DNA of 64,000 nt, taken from the NCBI GenBank assembly GCA_963823665.1, contig CAWGMQ010000004.1, positions 2,464,001-2,528,000 on the forward strand. The letters are read 5' to 3'. This DNA is from an uncultured Planctomycetota bacterium (GTDB lineage Bacteria > Planctomycetota > Planctomycetia > Isosphaerales > Isosphaeraceae). The notes below the pieces were generated by a model. That model saw only the letters and a program-made list of their open reading frames with translations. It was not told the origin of the DNA and did not search any database. The translations under genes and the position numbers were made by a program. Positions 39,852 through 46,667 of the stretch are shown here, in pieces (the first letter of the stretch is position 1; each line of letters starts with the position of its first letter).

Positions 39852-41167
39852 CGGGGAACCTCAGAGAAACCTTCGTTTCGGGCAAACGCGAGAAACGCTT
39901 CGAGTGCTGAGCCATTGGGCGATCCGGCGAGTGGTGAATTTGGATAACTCGCCAACGTCGGGGCACTGATCGTTGCTGATGGCGGGACGGGAAGCGATTT
40001 GTCCCCGCGTCGTAGATCGACTCCACTTAACAATTCTGTCTTCAAACGCAAAATGAGCGGGATTGCGTTGCCGTCCTGCAAGACCAACGGCTTAAGAATC
40101 AGTGGACTCGCCATCCGTTCGCGTTTCTCGTCGTCGGGGCCCGCGGAGGGGTAGAGAACTGTGTCTTGCGGTTCTCCCTGTCCTTGGAAGTGAAATACGA
40201 TCGGCAAACCGAGCTCCGCGCGGGGGAACGCGTCATCGGGAATCTGCGAAACTCGAGCGTGTTGAGCCGAACGCTGGCCCGTGATCCGACGAATCGTCTC
40301 AGGCTCGGGATACCGTGATCGCCCCGGTCGGTTTGGCTGTTGTCCAGGATTGCGAGCGAACCCACCCCCTTGCCGGAAGTGCTTGAATCGTCCCATCAGC
40401 GAATCCCAAACCTGGATCGGATCACCGGCTGGTTCCGTTCTTCGGACTAGCGTCCACTCGCCAATTGTCGGCCATTCGCGGCCTTCTATCCGATGAGATG
40501 TGAATTGATTCAACTGTTCCGCGAAGTGGCCGTGATCGCGTGGAGCAAGTTCCTTGCAAAGAATCGCCCCGCAACCGCGGCGAGTCCGGGCGCCCAGGCC
40601 GCCGAAGTTGAGCCATGCCCAGAGCGCCGGCTCGACTTGCGGCCAAAGATCGTTTGGGCAGTGCAGGCTCAGGCGGAAGCTCGCCTTGCGTATGCAGGCG
40701 GCGGGCACGACCTCGATCTGTTCCCGTCCCTTTGCCAGTTGCCCCTGAAATGGGAACAAAGCGTAGGAAAGAGACGGCCGGTTGAACGGCTCGATCCAGG
40801 TTGGCGTTGATTTATATTTATGCGTTGTGCTGTCAACCTCGAACCTGGCACACGGCTCCGGTTTGCCAACCTGCAGATTCTCCACGAGCACCCGCACCCG
40901 GCTCGCTCGCTCGGTAGAGCCCCAGATTTTCGATTGGTTGGCCCGCAGTTCCTGCCGCGTCGCATACCGCGCCCCGACGGTCGCTCGCCACCAGAACTGC
41001 AATTGACCCCGAATCGCCGTGGGCCGAAGGGGAAAGCTCTGGTCAGTGACGCGCGTCTCGACGCCGCCCCCGAACATCGGCGTTATCAATTTGATGTCAA
41101 AGCTGCGCCCGCCGTCGACCGTGGGCTTCTTCCAGTCAATCGGAACGTCTGGTATCTCTCGCGGCAC
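39848..41167 (-). CDS. cmr1: Type III-B RAMP Cmr1
   Basis: LITPMFGGG, IRGQLQFWWRA, FGGLGARTRRGCG, LGLPIVFHF, RMASPL; GTG start after GGAGG. Confidence 0.93.
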   Translation of the reverse strand: MPREIPDVPIDWKKPTVDGGRSFDIKLITPMFGGGVETRVTDQSFPLRPTAIRGQLQFWWRATVGARYATRQELRANQSKIWGSTERASRVRVLVENLQVGKPEPCARFEVDSTTHKYKSTPTWIEPFNRPSLSYALFPFQGQLAKGREQIEVVPAACIRKASFRLSLHCPNDLWPQVEPALWAWLNFGGLGARTRRGCGAILCKELAPRDHGHFAEQLNQFTSHRIEGREWPTIGEWTLVRRTEPAGDPIQVWDSLMGRFKHFRQGGGFARNPGQQPNRPGRSRYPEPETIRRITGQRSAQHARVSQIPDDAFPRAELGLPIVFHFQGQGEPQDTVLYPSAGPDDEKRERMASPLILKPLVLQDGNAIPLILRLKTELLSGVDLRRGDKSLPVPPSATISAPTLASYPNSPLAGSPNGSALEAFLAFARNEGFSEVPR

Positions 41168-41718
41168 GCGTAGTCCCTCCGCTGCAACCTCGTCGTGGGC
41201 GGTGAACAAGGGCTCCGGTCAAATGCGGGACGGAGGCATTGAGCTAGGTGACGGCGCGGCCGCAGCGCTACGCGCGGACCACACTGCGAACCTGTCCGTC
41301 TTCTCCGGAACCGGAATAGATCAGAAACATTGTAGCCATGCAGGGTTCGAGCGAATATCCAGTGGATTGAATTTGAACCGGGCAACTTCGGCCGCGAAGG
41401 GGAGTTGCGACCAGCACCGCAAAGAACCCTGTCCGGCGTTCCCGGCATTCGAACCATGAACGTGAACAGAAGGAACTTGATTTCGAGCAGAAAAGCTCAC
41501 AGCCATTTCCGGCGATGGGCCTTCATCGAAATCTAGTCGGGGCGAGAGAACGGCTATCGAACTTCTTATCGCCGGAGTCCTGGGCAGGGAAGCCGGGCCG
41601 CGGCGTGTTCTTATCCGAGAATCAGATGACGATCGAGCGTGACGATTAATCCCAGACTCCGCAGGCTCGGTGGGCTTTGGGCCCGGAAGAGTCTGCATGC
41701 TCCCCGGCAGGGTGAGCC

Positions 41719-42201
41719 TCATCGCTCGGACCGCTTGACCTTGCGAGTCGCTGCCGCCTTGCGACCAGCGGCTTGCCGCTTCTTGGTTTGGACGGCCTTC
41801 GCCGCGGCTGCCCGCCGCTCGCGAGTGGCCGCCGCCTTGACTGCCGCCTCGCTTCGGCGGCCGCCGAGTTTGATGAGGGTGAACGGCTCTTCGCCCATGC
41901 CCTCCTCCGCACCCTTAATCCACAACTGGACCTTGGACCGTTCTTTCCAGTCCTGGGCTTCGATCACCTCGATGAAGCCGTCGATGTCGAAGTTCTTGAA
42001 ACCGCCCCCGTAAAGGTTGGCGTCCATCCCGTATCCCGCGCCTTCCTCGTAGGTCGGGCCGATCAGGCTGACCAACCGGCAGGGCGACAGCCAAGTGTTG
42101 ATCCGCTCCATCGGCTCGCACGTGTCCCGGGCCTCATCCTCGCCGTCCTCCCACAGCTCCTCATTGTCAAAGGAGATCATGACGTTCCACACGAAGCCCA
42201 T
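41719..42201 (-). CDS. Hypothetical acidic protein with Lys/Ala/Arg-rich basic tail
   Basis: 160 aa; tail AAVKAAATRERRAAAAKAVQTKKRQAAGRKAAATRK. Confidence 0.75.
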   Translation of the reverse strand: MGFVWNVMISFDNEELWEDGEDEARDTCEPMERINTWLSPCRLVSLIGPTYEEGAGYGMDANLYGGGFKNFDIDGFIEVIEAQDWKERSKVQLWIKGAEEGMGEEPFTLIKLGGRRSEAAVKAAATRERRAAAAKAVQTKKRQAAGRKAAATRKVKRSER

Positions 42202-42220
42202 CGGTCACACTCCTTCATAT

Positions 42221-42597
42221 CAAGCGGTTCCACTTGCATCGTCGGGATCGTGCTCGCGGATGCGGCCCACTCCAACGATCCACAATTTTCCCTTCACCGA
42301 GCCCGTTTTCAGGTGTGCGATCACGCTCTACAATCTCGCCCGAATCGGCGAGTGCACCGCTTTCGGAGGACGCACAACGACAATACCTTCGGAATCTTCA
42401 GGTGGAAAGCCGAGCGAGTTCGAAAGATCCAGATCGACCGTCACCACGGTTCGACCGACCGCTTTGCAGGTGTCTTAGATCGCTTCGTCCGTGCTTCCCG
42501 CCAGACCTTCGGCGATTACCGTAGCCTCGTCGAAGCCCTCCTTGAGCAGTTCCGGCACGAGCCGCACATCGAAGTTTTCATCGAGTTTCAGCTTCAG
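42221..42597 (-). pseudogene. DUF5615 PIN-like toxin pseudogene with two in-frame stops
   Basis: KLKLDENF...GLAGSTDEAI*DTCKAVGRTVVTVDLD...GIVVVR...RL*SV. Confidence 0.85.
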
Positions 42598-42847
42598 GCT
42601 GACACCGGTTCCGTAAGGATCGGAAAGATTCGTTCGCGTGACATCTCCGCGGCAAAAGCTAATGCCGCTCGAATGTCCTCGGGCCTGAGTTGTGGATAGC
42701 AGCAAGCAATTCAGCCTACGGGATGCCTTCCGCGAGATTGTCGACAACCAGTGACACCCATATTCGCGTGCCCCGGATCACGGGCCGGCCAAAGCAGACA
42801 CCCGGATCAATCGAAATTCGCGTGAGAAGTTCGTTGCGGTCGTTCAT
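42594..42847 (-). pseudogene. DUF433 antitoxin pseudogene (stop and frameshift)
   Basis: RISIDPGVCFGRPVIRGTRIWV...EGIP*AELL / YPQLRPEDIRAALAFAAE. Confidence 0.85.
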
Positions 42848-43162
42848 GGTCGATAGGCCCGAGCTGATAATCGCCGTCCAATTCGGGAAATGGACTTCTT
42901 GGTTCAGCGTCGATCCGAGCATCTTATCCCATGATACTATGCCCATGAAAGTTCACCGCCGTGGGAACTCGGAATAGTCGAAACGGGCGGCGGGATTTGA
43001 ACAGCGCAAATGCACCGCCCGCCGTCAGGTTGCGTCGAACTTGGCGTGCTGCAATAAGGCCGACCAGGATGAGCTGAACTGAATTGAACCAGATCGAGTT
43101 GCTGGATTATCCAAGGAATAGGCCCACCGCCATTCCCAGCGAAGGGCTTTCGCGATAATCAA

Positions 43163-43205
43163 GTCTGGGGCGGCGGGATTCAACCCACGACCTCACGCAC
43201 CAGAC
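43163..43205 (-). other. Degenerate tRNA(Pro)-like 3' half (att-site remnant)
   Basis: Minus strand reads AGGTC-GTGGG-TTGAAT-CCCGC-CGCCCCAG: variable loop, T-arm and acceptor 3' strand; no 5' half. Confidence 0.5.
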
Positions 43206-43272
43206 CCGAGCGGATCGTTCCAGAGTTGCGGCACGCTCGCTGACGATCGCAAGGTTGCTGGTCTCTGCGACG

Positions 43273-43381
43273 CCCAGACGACGGGAAGTGGGCGCTTATC
43301 GGGCGCGATCACCTCCTCCTTTCCGGCTCCGACCGCAGGCACGATCCCAGACGACGGGAAGTGGCGCTTATCGGGCGCGAT
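43273..43381. repeat. Two 36-37 bp direct repeats separated by a 36-bp spacer
   Basis: CCCAGACGACGGGAAGTGG(G)CGCTTATCGGGCGCGAT at 43273-43309 and 43346-43381. Confidence 0.9.
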
Positions 43382-43571
43382 AGCCAAAGCTCAGCGCTCG
43401 TCCGCCGCATCAGCTTCGAAGAGCGGTGACGGGCCGGGTATAGGCCGGGACTCCAGACGCGAGGCGGGTCCATCACAACATGCCTTGGCTCAGAGTTGTT
43501 CCGTTAGCAATCCCTTTAACTTGTTTTTGGCGAAATATTTACGGCAAATGTCCGCAGATTGATACACTCAA

Positions 43572-43696
43572 GGGCGGCGGGTAAATAACCCGCGTCCCTC
43601 GGCGAGAATGAAATGACGCAAACTCAATGACGAAAATCACTTGCGAACTATCGCAAGTGCCTTCAAGTGGAGGCGGCGGGAATTGCACCCGCATCC
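43572..43696. repeat. Cassette-boundary element D (no downstream peptide)
   Basis: GCGGG-TAAATAA-CCCGC at 43577 and GTGGAGGCGGCGGGAATTGCACCCGC at 43667. Confidence 0.85.
43633..43659 (-). terminator. Probable intrinsic terminator hairpin downstream of nikR
   Basis: Perfect 9-bp stem CACTTGCGA-acta-TCGCAAGTG followed by ATTTT on the minus strand. Confidence 0.5.
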
Positions 43697-43762
43697 TGCA
43701 TTCCGCTTTTTAAGAATGGCGGCTGTGCGGGACTCTCTCTCTCGCCCAAACCACGAAAGCCG

Positions 43763-44275
43763 TTAGTTTCCGCGGCGACGCGCTGGCTTATGGGCGTGGG
43801 AATGATGGTGGTGGCCGTGGTCGTGATCATGATCATGCGGATGTTCTTGCCCGGCCTCACCGTTCGCGGCAGGTATGGGCTTGGCCGATGCAAGCACGAG
43901 GCGGCCGGTTTCGACGCCTTTGGTGCCGATCAGATCGTCGGCCAAGCTGCGAACCTCCCGCGCGGGGCCGCGCAGGAGAATCACTTCCAGGCAGCGACGC
44001 GCGTCGAGATGGACGTGGGTTGTTGTCACGACCTGGTCGAGATGGTGGTGCTGGAGGTCGGTCAAGCGCTGCGAGATTTTCGAGGCGTGGTGGTCGTAGA
44101 TCAAGGTGACGACCCCCATCGCTTCGCTTTCGTCGTTCGTGATCACCTCTTCGAGCAAGGCGCCCCGCATCAAGCCGCGGACCGCTTCACTGCGGTTGGG
44201 ATGTCGATGAAGCTCGCGATACTGATCAAATTTCTGGAGTAACTCTCCGCCGATCGCCACGCTGAAGCGAACCAT
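43763..44275 (-). CDS. nikR: Nickel-responsive regulator NikR with His-rich tail
   Basis: RFSVAI..ELL.KFD, NRSEAVR, YDHH, THVHLD..RCLEV. Confidence 0.93.
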   Translation of the reverse strand: MVRFSVAIGGELLQKFDQYRELHRHPNRSEAVRGLMRGALLEEVITNDESEAMGVVTLIYDHHASKISQRLTDLQHHHLDQVVTTTHVHLDARRCLEVILLRGPAREVRSLADDLIGTKGVETGRLVLASAKPIPAANGEAGQEHPHDHDHDHGHHHHSHAHKPARRRGN

Positions 44276-44377
44276 GGGGTCTTTCACGGGGCGTTCTCCT
44301 GTGCGCGGCACGGCCGGATGAACCGAGACCGACCGACGACAAAGAGCGGCTGGTTCTCGTGGCTGAATGTGATGGTG

Positions 44378-45541
44378 TCAGCTTGCCTTGGGGACCTCGA
44401 CCCAAGCACCGTCTTGTTTGGCGCTGGCGACGGCGGCTTCGATGAAGGCCATCCCGGCGACACCATCGGCAATGCCCGGGTGTGGGAACGGTTTGGGCAC
44501 CGACTCGCCGCGGCCTGATCGGATCGTCCATTCGAGCGTCCGGTGCAGGTTGGCGAGCGCTTCGTGGATGCCTTCTGGGTGCCCGGAAGGCATGCGCAGA
44601 TAGGGTTTCACCGAGCCGGGGAAATAGCCGTATTCGGCTCCCTGCCGGTAAACGCGAACCGGCTGCCCGGCGGCATAGTGCTTGAGCACGGTGTGATCGG
44701 TGATTGACCACTCGAGCGTGCCCGAGGTGCCGATCACGCGGAAGCCGTTGTCGTTCTGGGCTCCGATCGTGATCTGGGAAGCCGTTATGGTGGCAATGAC
44801 CCCATTGTTCAGCTCGGCCAGAACGGTGAAGTCATCATCGAGCGCACGGCCCGGGACAAATGACTTGAGCCGTGCCCGCAGTTTCACGGCCGACAGCCCG
44901 GCGACGAACCGGATGAATTCGTAGGCGTGGGTTCCGATATCGCCGCCGCAGCCGGAGCTGCCCGCCTTGGCGGGATCAACTCTCCAGGCCGCCTGCTTCT
45001 GGTTTTCGGCTTCGAGCTTCGACGCCAGCCAACCCTGAGGATACCAGGCTTCGACCTTGCGCAGCTCGCCGATATCGCCGTTATGCACGAGCTCGCGTGC
45101 GAGCATCACCATGGCGAAGCCGGTGTAGGTGTAGGCGACGACAAACGGAGTGTTCTTGGAGCGAACCGTTGCATGCAGCCGCCGTGCCTCGTCCAGCGTC
45201 GTTGTGAGCGGCTTCTCGCAGAGCACACCGATTCCTGCAGCGGCCGCGGCGTCGGCGGGGCCGAAGTGGGCATCATTTGGTGTGACAATCGTCACGTAGT
45301 CGATGCGCTCGGACTCGGGGAGTGCCTTTTCCGACTTGATCATGGTTTCCCAGTCGGGATAGCCTCGGGCCATGAACATGCCGCGCGCGGCGGCAATCGA
45401 CTCATCCGGCTTGGTGCGCAGTGCGCCTGCCGTCAGCTCGGCTGAATTATCCAGCAGAATCGCCCGGCGGTGTGGCGCCCCGAAGAAATTTGACGGACCG
45501 CCTCCTCCGACCATTCCCACGCGTAATTTACGCTCACTCAT
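44378..45541 (-). CDS. Gfo/Idh/MocA oxidoreductase
   Basis: LRVGMVGGG, IVTPN..H, CEKP, GDIGTHA. Confidence 0.92.
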   Translation of the reverse strand: MSERKLRVGMVGGGGPSNFFGAPHRRAILLDNSAELTAGALRTKPDESIAAARGMFMARGYPDWETMIKSEKALPESERIDYVTIVTPNDAHFGPADAAAAAGIGVLCEKPLTTTLDEARRLHATVRSKNTPFVVAYTYTGFAMVMLARELVHNGDIGELRKVEAWYPQGWLASKLEAENQKQAAWRVDPAKAGSSGCGGDIGTHAYEFIRFVAGLSAVKLRARLKSFVPGRALDDDFTVLAELNNGVIATITASQITIGAQNDNGFRVIGTSGTLEWSITDHTVLKHYAAGQPVRVYRQGAEYGYFPGSVKPYLRMPSGHPEGIHEALANLHRTLEWTIRSGRGESVPKPFPHPGIADGVAGMAFIEAAVASAKQDGAWVEVPKAS

Positions 45542-45618
45542 CGTGTCGTCTCCCGGTGATCAAGGAACAGGATTCGACACTATAGCGGAGCGACCGGTCA
45601 TGGCAAGGGGCGAGCCGG

Positions 45619-46371
45619 TCATTCGTCCCGCTGCGCGGCCATCTTCATCAAGAGACGAAGGATCTCGAGATACAGCCAGACGAGGGTGACCATCAGTCCG
45701 AAGGCACCGTACCATTCCATGTATTTGGGCGCACTGGTGGCGGAAGCCTTCTCGATGAAATCGAAGTCGAGCAGCAGGTTGAACGCCGCCAGACCGACGA
45801 CGAACAGGCTGAAGATGATGCCGAACCTTGTGGCGCTGAAGATCAGCGGCACGCCGACGTGGAAGAAGCTGAGCAACATTGCAATCACATAAAACAGGCA
45901 GAGGGCGGAGGTGGCCATCACGATGCCCATCTTGAGCTTGTCGGTCACCCGGATGATTCGCGTTGCGTAGAGGAACAGCATGATGAAGAGCACGCCGCAG
46001 GTCAGGGTGACGGCCTGAAGCGCGATGCCGCCGCCGTACATCCGCTCCACGACTTGCGAGATGGCGCCGAGCAAGACTCCCTCGAGTGCGGCGTAAAGCG
46101 GGGCGGTCCACGGTGCCACCGTGGGCTTGAACATCGTGATCATCGCCACGATGAATCCGCCGATGCCGGCACCGGCGAGCAAACCGTAGCCGAGCGTTTG
46201 ACCCGCGGCGGCCGTCCACGCGAATGCGCCTGTTCCCAGCATGATCGCCAGCAGTACGAACGTCTTGGCGACCGTTCCCTGAACGGTCATGGTCGTGCTT
46301 GCCGGCTCGCCGTAAACTTGCTCATAGCCGGGAAATAGGTTGCGGGAAAATGCAGGGTTACTCGTTGCCAC
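45619..46371 (-). CDS. Bax inhibitor-1/YccA-family membrane protein
   Basis: TSNPAF, PLYAALEG, LLLDFDFIE, EWYGAFGLMVTLVWLYLEILR. Confidence 0.9.
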   Translation of the reverse strand: MATSNPAFSRNLFPGYEQVYGEPASTTMTVQGTVAKTFVLLAIMLGTGAFAWTAAAGQTLGYGLLAGAGIGGFIVAMITMFKPTVAPWTAPLYAALEGVLLGAISQVVERMYGGGIALQAVTLTCGVLFIMLFLYATRIIRVTDKLKMGIVMATSALCLFYVIAMLLSFFHVGVPLIFSATRFGIIFSLFVVGLAAFNLLLDFDFIEKASATSAPKYMEWYGAFGLMVTLVWLYLEILRLLMKMAAQRDE

Positions 46372-46667
46372 AGTCGAATCTCCAGACATCAAACTCGGCC
46401 CGACGCCCAGAACGCGCGCTCGGCGCCCTGCTTGCAGTCGAACGCTCAGTCTACCTCGTCTAGTGTGTATTCTTAGCCATGCGACCGTTTTTGACAACAA
46501 GAAGATGGCGACTGGCCGAAGGATCGACGGAGCACGGAGCGTCGTGACGGCAATTCCAGCCTGGCGACGGCGCTCGCTTCGATCGGTGGTAAAACCGAAG
46601 CCGCCGCCGTATCGTGGACCAAACGAACTCCAGTTCGTCACGCACGGGAAGCCGGCCGGAACAAGCT

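Noticed and set aside
19032..43696. Paired GCGGG-N7-CCCGC sites read as CRISPR mini-arrays
   Set aside because: The two copies differ in their central loop and match a tmRNA T-arm; a recombination-site origin explains them better.
43660..44050. Complete tmRNA (ssrA) gene ending at 43667
   Set aside because: Only ~95 bp separate the 3'-end motif from the nikR stop. No GGGG...TTCGAC 5' end or tag frame was found in standard or permuted order, and the weak 5' match TTGGGCG at ~43749 is not convincing.
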